This document shows, one piece after another, positions 1 to 8,789 of a stretch of DNA of 64,000 nucleotides. The notes under the pieces were generated by a model. It did not search any database and was not told where the DNA came from. It saw only the letters and a program-made list of their open reading frames with translations. Position numbers and translations under genes: made by a program. The stretch is from the IMG/VR virus record IMGVR_UViG_3300042691_040811. The stretch is one strand, 5' to 3'. Each line of letters begins with the position of its first letter. Position 1 is the first letter of the stretch. This DNA is from a virus. Its lineage: Duplodnaviria > Heunggongvirae > Uroviricota > Caudoviricetes.

Positions 1-1106
1 TCCCCTAGTCTAGTAGAATCTACCCGAAACCCTCTATACTTTTCAACCATAGGCTTAGGCATGTCCCCCCATCTCAGCATGGCGTTCAAGTCCGAAGCCA
101 TTTTTTCATACTTAGACGGCCCCTTATACCCGGACTTCTCAGCTTGTCTAATGTCCCTTGCCACCGTAGAGTTTAATGTATACTCGTATAAAGCATAGCC
201 AACGTCTGCAAAAGAGAGAACTTTCCCCCTAACTGCGGACATGAACTTATTCCTCAAGGAGTCATAAGAATTTCTATCATTGTCACTTCTGTATAATTCC
301 CCATGGTCTACGTAAGTAGAATTTGTTATACCGAGCAACTTGGCTACTTCCAAGCTAAATTCAGCCAGCTTATTGGATAGCTTATCTGTTTTCCTTTCTA
401 AGTCCTTAAATTGCTTCTCTGTTTTAAGAGTAGATAGGGGAGGGGGAGGCTCTGGCCCCCTATCCCACATAAACTCTTTGAGAGGGGCAGATTTGCCTAT
501 CTTCTTCCCCAGTTTGTCATACAGGGCAATCAGCCTACGCTCTTGCCTATCATACTCCTCTTTATTCCTACTTTTATTAGCCTTCTTCATCCTTTCTGTT
601 ACCCCCCTTTCCGCTTTATCATACCTCTCACTAATAGCCTTATAAACTTCCCATTTCACAGGAACCTTTAGGGGTTTGACCCTTGCAGCCAATCTATCTT
701 CTGATAATTTTTTATTAAAATCTACAGCAACCTGCCTCCATTTATCATATTCAGCTTTCACTGAGAATGCCGAATTAGAGGACAACGAACTCTTTATCCC
801 ATCGGAAACTTCTTTCCAAGTTTGCTCTCTCTTTAATCTAACACCTTCGATGTGTTCTTTAGTGTAATACTTACTGGTGTCAAATAGGGAAAGCTGTTCT
901 ATTTTGTTGCTCAACTTGCCCAGACCTACGGAGGCAGGATCCGGGAACTCAACTAGGCAGGACTCTCCGGGATCAATGCAAGCGGCTGAGCACGCTTTCC
1001 CTTTCTTACACCGGGGTCTTTGTCCCCCAACTGCAAGCACTTTAGCCCGCCTGATTTCTCCTGCCGTGGGCTCATCGAATTCAAAAAATTGGGGTAATCC
1101 TGCCAT
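1..1106 (-). CDS. Cys4-N-terminal paralog family member (C-terminus lies beyond window start)
   Basis: Own translation of minus strand from ATG at 1106: MAGLPQFFEFDEPTAGEIRRAKVLAVGGQRPRCKKGKACSAACIDPGESCLVEFPDPA... then Y-D-K/E-Y-D-R repeats. The + ORFs 340..1176 are its antisense frames. Not in ORF track because no stop inside window. Confidence 0.6.
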   Translation of the reverse strand, partial: MAGLPQFFEFDEPTAGEIRRAKVLAVGGQRPRCKKGKACSAACIDPGESCLVEFPDPASVGLGKLSNKIEQLSLFDTSKYYTKEHIEGVRLKREQTWKEVSDGIKSSLSSNSAFSVKAEYDKWRQVAVDFNKKLSEDRLAARVKPLKVPVKWEVYKAISERYDKAERGVTERMKKANKSRNKEEYDRQERRLIALYDKLGKKIGKSAPLKEFMWDRGPEPPPPLSTLKTEKQFKDLERKTDKLSNKLAEFSLEVAKLLGITNSTYVDHGELYRSDNDRNSYDSLRNKFMSAVRGKVLSFADVGYALYEYTLNSTVARDIRQAEKSGYKGPSKYEKMASDLNAMLRWGDMPKPMVEKYRGFRVDSTRLG

Positions 1107-1576
1107 TGCCGCTATGCGCTACTTAGGCAATTTTACCCAGGAGGTCTACCTTACTAGACAGGAGAGTTGGCCCTAGCACTATCATGCACAGCTTTGATAC
1201 CGATGATAGGGACCATAACGAGTAGATAAGCCAAAAAACAAACAAGGACGATGTTTTCCATCGCCAAATGCACTACTCTAACCATGATAAGAAGGGGGGA
1301 GGCTTAATTAGGCTTACCCCCTTAATGACCGCTAAACCTGTTAAAAATGCCCGAATGTGTTGACACTGGGACATTGCTTAGGTATTATTACTTACCTTGC
1401 TCATGCACAATCATTATGCCTATTAAGGGGGCCACAACAAGTAAAGCCCCCATGAATCCGACAACCATAAGGTTTTGCATCACAAAATGCACCAATTTTA
1501 CAACCATCTTCCCCTAAGAGATTTAACTACAAGGCAAACTTACCCTCTTACTATTGTACAAAAGTTTTGAAATTTT

Positions 1577-2167
1577 TCAAAAATAGAGATAATCTCTCCA
1601 CTCCTCTACTTCCGAGGTGGAAATAGTTACGGAAATACGATTGTAGGGTATCTTAGGTTTGCTAACCAGAGTTGTCCCCGTTGCTCTAATTCTTTCCTCA
1701 AGCATCCCTACTTGAAAGCTATTCCACGAGAATGGCAAGGGGGCGATGTTAGTTGTTTCTTTGGAGAAAATTCTTTTTAGAGCTAAGGCCCACTCCTCTG
1801 GTGTCCTGTTATCTTTTGAATTATTACAGTCCAGGCAACTTGTGGACAAATTGGTCCATGTATCCTCCCCTCCCCGTGATTTGGGTATGATGTGATCCAC
1901 TGTGAGCCTGTCCCCTTTATATCCGCAATATTGGCAAGTGTGTTTATCCCGCTTGAGGATGAGGTTACGGGTAGGCTTGCTAGACAACATGCGTGGCTGA
2001 GGTACCTTAACGTACTCCCTAAGACGAATCGTCCTCTGAGAGATTACATGTGCTTTCCCTTTAAAGACTAATATTGTGGCTCTTTTCCACCCCATCAGGT
2101 GCAAAGGCTCGTATGTAGCATTTAGTAGTAGTACAGTAGACCCTACCTTAACAGGTACTTTATCCAT
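1577..2167 (-). CDS. HNH endonuclease
   Basis: CQYCGYKGDRLTVDHIIPKSRGGEDTWTNLSTSCLDCNNSK = HNH motif (C-x2-C ... DHIIP ... N ... C-x2-C-N). Confidence 0.8.
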   Translation of the reverse strand: MDKVPVKVGSTVLLLNATYEPLHLMGWKRATILVFKGKAHVISQRTIRLREYVKVPQPRMLSSKPTRNLILKRDKHTCQYCGYKGDRLTVDHIIPKSRGGEDTWTNLSTSCLDCNNSKDNRTPEEWALALKRIFSKETTNIAPLPFSWNSFQVGMLEERIRATGTTLVSKPKIPYNRISVTISTSEVEEWRDYLYF

Positions 2168-2252
2168 TTTTCTACAAAGATAAGGGGGTCAGGTTGTACC
2201 TTTCCCCCATGTTTCTATTTTAGCTGTTAGCCCTTTACCCCTAAAATAAAGG

Positions 2253-3743
2253 TTAAGAAGCAAGGAGGCGATTACGAATCGTGCCTAAACCGTCCTCATT
2301 GAGGACAAGGCCATTCATAAACACGGTTTTCAACTCTCCGAGGCTCTCCTGATCCCTAGTTTGCTGTTCATGGAGAACAAAATCGTCCCCTTGACGTTCC
2401 ACCCTAAGGAGCCCCTTAGCGGATTTCTTAACTCCACTATCTGTAATGGGATCTTTCATAACCTCAACGGGTTGTCCGTTGATTTGTGCCCAAGTGGTTT
2501 TCATGGCGATACCAAATGTATCACGGGTGTGGTACTGGTAGGTGTAGGAGCCGACGCCGAAAACAACGTTGCCACTAGCCCACCCTTGTTCAGCCATTGT
2601 CTGAAGGATGTCTTGGGCACGGGACAACGTAATGGAGTCCCCGTAAATAAGGCCAACACGGGGGTGCAATTCCTTGTAGCCTCTATCATTGGTGGAACCT
2701 CCGAAAAGTTCCCAAAGAAGTTGCAGGGAGCCCTTATGAGCGGGACTGCCGGGTTCCGCCTCAGGGTCACCGCAGATGATCTTTTTAGGGTTTCCGGAAT
2801 CGGGCCGGTATACCACCTTAGCCAGGCCAAGAGCGTCCGGTTGGCGATTAAGAATGGTGTCCTTAAGCTGAGCAGAGAGGTCAGTCAGAACCTTCCAGTA
2901 ATCCCAGGTGTCGCTAACAATGCTTACGATGCCCTTGGGGTAAACCTCAGAGATAAGGCGCCGATACGTCTCAACCTCAGTATCCTTCCCCCCAGCGCAC
3001 ATCACACTATGTTCAGTGGCAGGTACACCCCCGCCAATAAACTCATTGGAGCAATCGTAGTAATCCTCCAAAAAGTCGATTGCCGGAATGTTATCCGTAC
3101 CTTTGAAGCTGAACAGGTGACCAATACCGTGGGAGGCCGAATCATGCACCCCGCTAACGCCCCTCAGAGAGAAGTCGTGAGCCTGAAAATCCACGAAAGC
3201 CCTGGGGGTCCCTGTCAAATCCGCATAACGGTCCAGCAAACGCCTAAACTCGTAGGCAATCGTCGCATTGTTTACCCCCTTCCATAGCTCTGCCGACAAA
3301 GCACTTTCCACATAATTAGTAACCCAGTAAAATTGGGGCATTGTGTTTTCAATCGTCAGGAAGGGTACCCTGAGATTGACACGGGAGCCTTCTGGCAGGG
3401 CTTTGATGCGCAAGGGCAGGTAGCCCAAATCATGCAACTCAGCAATGTGTTCAATGCCTACGGCACCTTCCCCCAGAGAAGCATCCATACGCCTCTTATA
3501 CTTCCTGATAGCAACCTCTTTAGAGATCTGAAAGAAAGATTCTTGCCACAAGTCACGCAAAAACCACTTCAACGTCCCATTAACCCCTGCAACTACAACT
3601 TTGTGATCAAAGTCAGGGAGCATGTTGGCAAGGCGGTCCGACCTTGCAGTGACGTTCGAGTAGACAAACTCGGTGCCTTCAGGGTATTGGCGATAGTGCC
3701 CAGTCTTGTAAAAGTCGGTGGCGTGGGGGGCAAACAGTTTCAT
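2253..3743 (-). CDS. nicotinamide phosphoribosyltransferase-like protein (NadV / Namat-like)
   Basis: Long NAPRTase-family protein. N-terminal TDFYKTGH matches the NAMPT TDSYKxxH start. Start chosen at Met34 (cat at 3741-3743) so it does not overlap upstream gene. Confidence 0.85.
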   Translation of the reverse strand: MKLFAPHATDFYKTGHYRQYPEGTEFVYSNVTARSDRLANMLPDFDHKVVVAGVNGTLKWFLRDLWQESFFQISKEVAIRKYKRRMDASLGEGAVGIEHIAELHDLGYLPLRIKALPEGSRVNLRVPFLTIENTMPQFYWVTNYVESALSAELWKGVNNATIAYEFRRLLDRYADLTGTPRAFVDFQAHDFSLRGVSGVHDSASHGIGHLFSFKGTDNIPAIDFLEDYYDCSNEFIGGGVPATEHSVMCAGGKDTEVETYRRLISEVYPKGIVSIVSDTWDYWKVLTDLSAQLKDTILNRQPDALGLAKVVYRPDSGNPKKIICGDPEAEPGSPAHKGSLQLLWELFGGSTNDRGYKELHPRVGLIYGDSITLSRAQDILQTMAEQGWASGNVVFGVGSYTYQYHTRDTFGIAMKTTWAQINGQPVEVMKDPITDSGVKKSAKGLLRVERQGDDFVLHEQQTRDQESLGELKTVFMNGLVLNEDGLGTIRNRLLAS

Positions 3744-3772
3744 TTTTCTAAGGTGTTTATGCAGGGGGGCAA

Positions 3773-4723
3773 TTAGTTGGTGAGGGAGAGGGGCGGAGGA
3801 AGAACCTGGACAATAGGCACAAGAGGGGGAACCTCGTGGCAACCAACTGTATACGACTCCTCTGTTGGAAACTTAATCCCAGGAAAGAGATTGGGGGTTA
3901 GGATACGGTTAATCAGGAGAGACCCGTTTTCGTTAAAAACGTTGAAGCCTTTAGAGAAGATGCCATGGGTGACGTACAGAACGACTTCTTCGGCACCGCA
4001 ATTGCGCAGCACCTTGGCAAGTTCAATGAACGTCCTCCCTCCATCGCAAATGTCATCCACAATAAGCACCTTGTTGCCTGACAAATCTGGCTCGTCACCA
4101 TTCTTGTCCTTGACAAGGGTGCCAATGATAGAGCCATCATTGGAGTCCCGTTTTTTCTTACCATAGACGACGGTTTTACATCCAAGTGTGGAAGCAACGG
4201 CATTAGCCCTATCCACTGCACCAGCATCAGGGGATGCTACTACGTAAGAAGCATCCACGGAATCCCCAAACTTTTTGATAAGGGCATTTGCGCCGATGTT
4301 CAGAAAACTTATCCCTGCCCCTCTAAAGGCATCGTGGGCCTTTTTACTATGGACATCCCACGTAATAACTCTGCCTTTGGATTTAAAAGATTGCTGAGCA
4401 GCGAGAAGAGAAACAAAAGCCTCTAATGAGTTGGCTTCGCCGGGGTAGCAAACCCTGTCCTGACGGGAATAAGGGAGATACGGGAGAAAAACCGTTACAA
4501 ATCCGCTAAACCCTGAAAACTTCTCAGCTGCGTTAACGATGAGAGCAATTTCCAGGATGTCTTGACTGTCAGGGTAGCGAGACTCGATAATTAACCTTTC
4601 GCAACCTATGAGATCAGGGAGGCGAACTTGCACCTCCCCAGCCGAGAACAGAAACGTTTTCTTTTCTAGAGGTTCGGGGACGTAAAGGTTTTCCGCCCGG
4701 ATGCCGTAGAGGTTGACCGCCAT
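3773..4723 (-). CDS. ribose-phosphate pyrophosphokinase-like protein (Prs / Adps-like)
   Basis: PRPP synthetase signatures: VVASPDAGAVDRA, KVLIVDDICDGGRT (PRPP-binding loop), VTHGIFS. Start at internal Met (4723) because a conserved promoter element sits at 4745-4780. Confidence 0.85.
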   Translation of the reverse strand: MAVNLYGIRAENLYVPEPLEKKTFLFSAGEVQVRLPDLIGCERLIIESRYPDSQDILEIALIVNAAEKFSGFSGFVTVFLPYLPYSRQDRVCYPGEANSLEAFVSLLAAQQSFKSKGRVITWDVHSKKAHDAFRGAGISFLNIGANALIKKFGDSVDASYVVASPDAGAVDRANAVASTLGCKTVVYGKKKRDSNDGSIIGTLVKDKNGDEPDLSGNKVLIVDDICDGGRTFIELAKVLRNCGAEEVVLYVTHGIFSKGFNVFNENGSLLINRILTPNLFPGIKFPTEESYTVGCHEVPPLVPIVQVLPPPLSLTN

Positions 4724-4744
4724 TGGAGGTTTGGGTTTGTCTCC

Positions 4745-4780
4745 CCACTGTAGCACTGCTAAGGGTCTTGTCAACCCTTA
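4745..4780 (-). promoter_or_regulatory. conserved phage-type promoter element (family copy)
   Basis: cactgtagcac...agggtcttgtcaaccc: same -10/-35 module as the recurrent attgtagcacc...ggttgNcaacc element. Confidence 0.5.
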
Positions 4781-4804
4781 AGACAATGTGGAGTTTAAGG
4801 AAGC

Positions 4805-5074
4805 TTAAATCACGCCGTTTTTCCAGGGCCGCAACCTGTCCAGCTGACGTTGCATTTCGCAAAACCTCACAAAGTGATGCGCATCACGCATCCAGATAGG
4901 GTCATCAACATCTGTACCTGTGGGTGGTTCTCTGTCGGTGATTTTCCAGTATTCTCCCCAAGTCATAGTGGCATCTGCTACGCCATAGGCAGACTCAGCC
5001 AAAGAGCAACATACTGCCTTGACCTCACCCATGGTGAAACCCACAGCCCTAGCCCTTTCCTCAAGACTTCTCAT
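4805..5074 (-). CDS. hypothetical protein
   Basis: 89-aa minus-strand ORF in co-directional array. Confidence 0.35.
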   Translation of the reverse strand: MRSLEERARAVGFTMGEVKAVCCSLAESAYGVADATMTWGEYWKITDREPPTGTDVDDPIWMRDAHHFVRFCEMQRQLDRLRPWKNGVI

Positions 5075-5176
5075 CTCTTCTAAAATTAGGAAACTTTCCT
5101 TTTAACCAGATGCCAGTAATAATGCCAGCCCCGTACATTACCAGGGCAAAGATCAGCTCTAACGAAAGAATCGAAC

Positions 5177-5398
5177 TCATTGATCTTCGGTCGTAGATGT
5201 GGAGGGCTTAACTCCAGCTTTGAGGAGGAGGGAAGCAATTACGTTGGAAACGGGTTCTTTCAACTCGGGGAATGCCGTAATCAGGTAGAGAAAGACGCAG
5301 ATAAGGGAAATTAGGAAGTTGGGGCTGAGGGCCGCAACGACGAAAAAAGAAGAAATTTTAATCTGTTCGCTCACAGATTGGTTGTTTTCGTTCGACAT
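5177..5398 (-). CDS. small membrane protein (two hydrophobic helices; holin-like topology)
   Basis: 73 aa with hydrophobic stretches SSFFVVAALSPNFLISLICVFLYLITAF; lies next to cell-wall enzyme genes. Confidence 0.4.
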   Translation of the reverse strand: MSNENNQSVSEQIKISSFFVVAALSPNFLISLICVFLYLITAFPELKEPVSNVIASLLLKAGVKPSTSTTEDQ

Positions 5399-5462
5399 TT
5401 TGCTTTTATAGTTGTGTGTAATGGGGAGGGGGCTGCCCTTTTAGAAACAACCCCCGAAGCAA

Positions 5463-6977
5463 TCAGAAGCGGAATGTGGTTTGGACTAAGGCCCCGAAAG
5501 TATCAAGGTTCTTATTAACTTCCCCCATCGGCGCACTGAGGTAGAACACCGCAGGAGTCACGGAGATGTTATCCGTAACTTGGAACTTGTAGTAGGCCTC
5601 AAAGGCGTATTGGCCATCATTGGCACTGTTGCCGTTAATAGAAGTGATGAAAGTGGGCTGACCAAATGCCGCTCCGAGCGCATTGCCTTTTTGGAAAGCA
5701 TCTTGCCAAACCAGCCCCGTATACCACGATTGGGAAGCGGCACTGCCACCGGTTTGATACCCGACTCTATTATAGCCCCATCCTGCCGAAATCGAAGGGA
5801 TCAGCCCGGCTTGCAAGGGTTGCCAGTAACCAGCCAAAGAGAACGAATTGGATTGGCCGCCTGTAAACGAATTAGGCAAGGTTGCTGAAAGGAAATTGGT
5901 GCCCGCTACGGCAACATCATAGTTGGAATAGGTGTAGGCCCCCGTTAGATTCCAGTTTTGCCTACCATAAGAGATCTGGACAGTAGAGGAAGCACCGGAG
6001 TTACCATTAAAAATACCACCTTCTGCGGAGTTGCCTTGATCGCCATTGGCGGCGACATAAGCACCCCCCAAACTAAAACCACCACTATGATACCAAAGAC
6101 CGGCCCCACTTCCCAAAACTTGCGTATAGGTGCCGGGAGCCCCCGCATACTGAAAAACTTGCAAGATGCGGTCTGCCGTATAAACTGATGGCCACACTGG
6201 CAGCGCATCGTCTTGACGGACCTTAGGGCCGAAGACTGCCGTGAAGTTCTCACCAATCGGGAACTTGTAGAACAAACGGTTAATAGTTACGGAGTCGTTG
6301 CCATTCGTATCATTTTCTTGGAATCCAGCAGAGAGCTGGGTGAGAGGGGTGGGGTAAGCTCCGAAACCGCTATTAACGAAGTTGCCAGCCCTTAGCTGAG
6401 TGCGCAGTAGATCCTTGCCCGTAAAGGAGGTGTCAAAATTTAGCTTAACGTCGTAGTTAAACGATACGGCTTCGTCCAGATTGTAGTTGTCCTTAGTGTT
6501 GCCGCCATAGGACAACCCTCCGAGAACCCATGTCGCCTCACCACGCAACTTCGTCGTTGTAGAGAATTGAGTGGCTTCTAGTTGTCCAACCCGGCCTTCC
6601 AACCCATCAACCCTACCTTTAAGGGTTGCCAATTCAACCGCAAATTCATCCATGAGCTTGCTAAGCTCGTCCGTAACCTCAGTCACACGATCAAGGCAAG
6701 CATTGAGCAGAGCGGCAGCTTCGTAACGGGTCATGGCGTTACCGCCACGGAAGGTAGAATCTGGATAACCAGCAACACACCCGTAACGCTCCACAAGATT
6801 GCTAAGGGCTTGATAGGCCCAGTCTGTTGGGCGCACATCTGAGAACTGCGCTACGCTGGTAACTTGCCCTTGGGAGGAATATTGATTGACGGCGTTAAGG
6901 TTAAGGTCAGCGGCACTTGCCGGGGATACCAACCCCAGGGCAATAGCACCAATACCTGCAAAATTTCTAATTTTCAT
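5463..6977 (-). CDS. SLH-domain outer-membrane porin (OprB-like, cyanobacterial type)
   Basis: Signal peptide MKIRNFAGIGAIALGLVSPASA. SLH motif DVRPTDWAYQALSNLVERYGCVAGYPDSTFRGGNAMTRYEAAALL. Coiled-coil linker, Gly/Asn-rich beta-barrel body, C-terminal ...TTFRF (terminal Phe). Confidence 0.85.
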   Translation of the reverse strand: MKIRNFAGIGAIALGLVSPASAADLNLNAVNQYSSQGQVTSVAQFSDVRPTDWAYQALSNLVERYGCVAGYPDSTFRGGNAMTRYEAAALLNACLDRVTEVTDELSKLMDEFAVELATLKGRVDGLEGRVGQLEATQFSTTTKLRGEATWVLGGLSYGGNTKDNYNLDEAVSFNYDVKLNFDTSFTGKDLLRTQLRAGNFVNSGFGAYPTPLTQLSAGFQENDTNGNDSVTINRLFYKFPIGENFTAVFGPKVRQDDALPVWPSVYTADRILQVFQYAGAPGTYTQVLGSGAGLWYHSGGFSLGGAYVAANGDQGNSAEGGIFNGNSGASSTVQISYGRQNWNLTGAYTYSNYDVAVAGTNFLSATLPNSFTGGQSNSFSLAGYWQPLQAGLIPSISAGWGYNRVGYQTGGSAASQSWYTGLVWQDAFQKGNALGAAFGQPTFITSINGNSANDGQYAFEAYYKFQVTDNISVTPAVFYLSAPMGEVNKNLDTFGALVQTTFRF

Positions 6978-7074
6978 TTCAACTAATAGTATTGTATTAT
7001 GTGTTAGCTTACCATCTTAGGTCAACAAGACAGTAGACTATTGCTTGAATACACAAATCCCCTGGTTTGGGGAA

Positions 7075-7149
7075 AGCGGGTGACCGGGCACGATCCGGCA
7101 ACCTTTTGCTTGGGAAGCAAATGCTCTACCAAAATTGAGCTACACCCGC
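7075..7149 (-). tRNA. tRNA-Gly(CCC)
   Basis: Minus-strand read gcgggtgtagctcaattttggtagagcatttgcttcccaagcaaaaggttgccggatcgtgcccggtcacccgct. Perfect 7-bp acceptor, anticodon loop ttCCCaa, 75 nt. Confidence 0.7.
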
Positions 7150-7192
7150 ATAATGGGGGAAGTTACTTCCCCCCGGATTCGACTAGAGCAGA

Positions 7193-7555
7193 TTAGATGC
7201 GAGTGATGCAAACATCTGCCACACCTGAGGCAATCATACCCAGCCGCTTGGCAGCAGTTTCTGACACGTCGATGATACGTCCACCATAATAGGGACCTCG
7301 ATCATTTACCCTGAGGTTAACAGAACGACCATTGCGCTGATTGGTTACCCTAACCCAGCTACCCAGGGGGAGATAGGGATGAGCAGCGGTCATAGTTCCT
7401 GGGCGGAAAACTTCCCCATTAGCAGTGAGGTTCCCGTAAAACCCAGGCCCATAGAAGCTGGCCTCACCGCACCTTGCCCAAGCGGGAGATGCCCCCAGGG
7501 CAACACTGCCGATGAAAGCAGCGACGACGAGGCGAAGGTTGTTTTTAGATGGCAT
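7193..7555 (-). CDS. RlpA-like double-psi beta-barrel protein (lytic transglycosylase-like), secreted
   Basis: Signal peptide. CGEASFYGPGFYGNLTANGEVFRPGTMTAAHPYLPLGSWVRVTN...VNDRGPY is the RlpA/DPBB signature. Confidence 0.8.
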   Translation of the reverse strand: MPSKNNLRLVVAAFIGSVALGASPAWARCGEASFYGPGFYGNLTANGEVFRPGTMTAAHPYLPLGSWVRVTNQRNGRSVNLRVNDRGPYYGGRIIDVSETAAKRLGMIASGVADVCITRI

Positions 7556-7604
7556 TGTTTAGAGAGAACTCAGCATCCGCTTGCCCCGTGGATTGAGGTA
7601 AGCG

Positions 7605-7665
7605 GCACCGCCTGAAGCTCAGGCCTCATCATTGTAGCACCTTGCTCTTAGGGTGTCAACTCCTA
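7605..7665 (-). promoter_or_regulatory. conserved promoter + 5'UTR hairpin
   Basis: gcctgaagctcaggc hairpin, cattgtagcaccttgc (-10 TGCTACAAT on minus), gtgtcaac -35. Confidence 0.6.
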
Positions 7666-7706
7666 GGGAGGAAAGGGGGGTGAGGAAACCACCCCCCCTA
7701 ATGCAA

Positions 7707-8336
7707 TTAGGAATCAGATTCCAGAGGAATCAGCCTACGTGCATAGTCATAGGCATAGGAAGTACGAGCCCCGTGAATACCCCACCCTAGCCAACTGTGG
7801 GCGTAAGCCATGTAACGCTCGATGGGTTTACCTGGGACACGCATCTTATCTTGGATACGCAACCATTGTGGCTCCACCAGAATGTAGTTGAGCTGGGTGT
7901 CTAAAGAGGATGGGTCACCTCCAATCCGTTTGGCAAAGTTGCCTAGTCCGTAGTAACGATCCGAGGATGTAAACTGGATTAGGCCAAAGCCACCGGCCTT
8001 ACACCTTTCATAAGTGGTACGAGCACCACCTTCACAGATGTTGGGGACGAATGTAGACTCTTGCTTGATGTTCCCCAAGATAGTTGCCAAGGCATTCTTA
8101 TCTGTGATGCCCTTATCCTGAAAGAAGTTCAAAGCAGTGAGTTCGTTGTTATCACAACCTTTGCAAGTGTAGCGTTTTTCCTTAGGTTGCTCCGCAGACG
8201 GCTCCCCCATAGTTGCGGGCTGAGCGATGTTGGTAGCAATGGTAACGGGAGCTGTTTCCGGCGGTTTAGGTAAAGAAGCGGAAACAGGAGCCGTAGCCAG
8301 AACGGAAGAGGCCACAAGTGTAGTGAGGCTAAGCAT
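7707..8336 (-). CDS. secreted SLT-domain lytic transglycosylase-like protein
   Basis: Signal peptide. KQESTFVP (catalytic E-S) followed by GGFGLIQFT (GLMQ-like), typical of family-1 lytic transglycosylases. Confidence 0.6.
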   Translation of the reverse strand: MLSLTTLVASSVLATAPVSASLPKPPETAPVTIATNIAQPATMGEPSAEQPKEKRYTCKGCDNNELTALNFFQDKGITDKNALATILGNIKQESTFVPNICEGGARTTYERCKAGGFGLIQFTSSDRYYGLGNFAKRIGGDPSSLDTQLNYILVEPQWLRIQDKMRVPGKPIERYMAYAHSWLGWGIHGARTSYAYDYARRLIPLESDS

Positions 8337-8584
8337 TAAAAAGAATTGAAATCAACATCCGTTTAGAGAAAGCGCACATCCCTTTTCTCAAAGGGCAATC
8401 TCCACGGCACAAGGAATTTAAGGGCGCAATATCAGGCCCCGAGAACCTTTCTGCAAAGCAGAACCCGCTCATAACAGGTTTTCCCTGGAAGGGAAACAGG
8501 CTCAAGGGTATTATAGCTTGTTTCCCTGTCTATTTACCGCTAAAATGATAAGTTTCTCTTATGGCTGAGATAAGTTGTTGTTAT

Positions 8585-8788
8585 CTAAGAAAAGTTGTCG
8601 TCAATTCTGTTCAGCCACAACCAATCCTTAGGATCTTTTGCCATGACAGCTTGGCTTTCAAACAACTGTCCGATCATTTCTTTTTCTTCTCCTTTAGCCA
8701 TGTGGTATAGTTTCCGGGCTGCCAAACACCGCTTTCTACTAAACTCATCCGTTTTCAAAATCTCTGAAGCTTTGTTAAATAGTTCCAT
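8585..8788 (-). CDS. small partner protein of LF-like metalloprotease (paralog of 10112..10315)
   Basis: MELFNKASEILKTDEFSRKRCLAARKLYHMAKGEEKEMIGQLFESQ... Starts 1 nt after the stop of the upstream gene (TGAcATG). Confidence 0.6.
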   Translation of the reverse strand: MELFNKASEILKTDEFSRKRCLAARKLYHMAKGEEKEMIGQLFESQAVMAKDPKDWLWLNRIDDNFS

Positions 8789-8789
8789 G

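Noticed and set aside
340-1176. Plus-strand ORFs 340..645, 676..867, 877..1176
   Set aside because: They are antisense frames of the minus-strand Cys4-family gene <1..1106. 877..1176 literally encodes the reverse complement of the conserved N-terminal motif (NSTRQDSPGSMQAAEHAFPF), as 13542..13847 does for 13505..13831.
2361-3287. 308-aa plus-strand ORF and other internal/antisense ORFs, e.g. 2501..2830, 3333..3776, 5580..5888, 9796..10284, 17381..17824, 27740..28297, 31221..32129 and 47293..47658
   Set aside because: Each is entirely embedded in or antisense to a minus-strand gene with clear family signatures (NAMPT, porin, subtilase, flotillin and others). No independent start context or conservation.
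3743-3842. N-terminal 33 codons of the NAMPT-like ORF as given in the track (start 3842)
   Set aside because: They would overlap the PRPS-like gene by 70 nt. An in-frame Met immediately precedes the conserved TDFYKTGH start of NAMPT enzymes, so 3743 was chosen.
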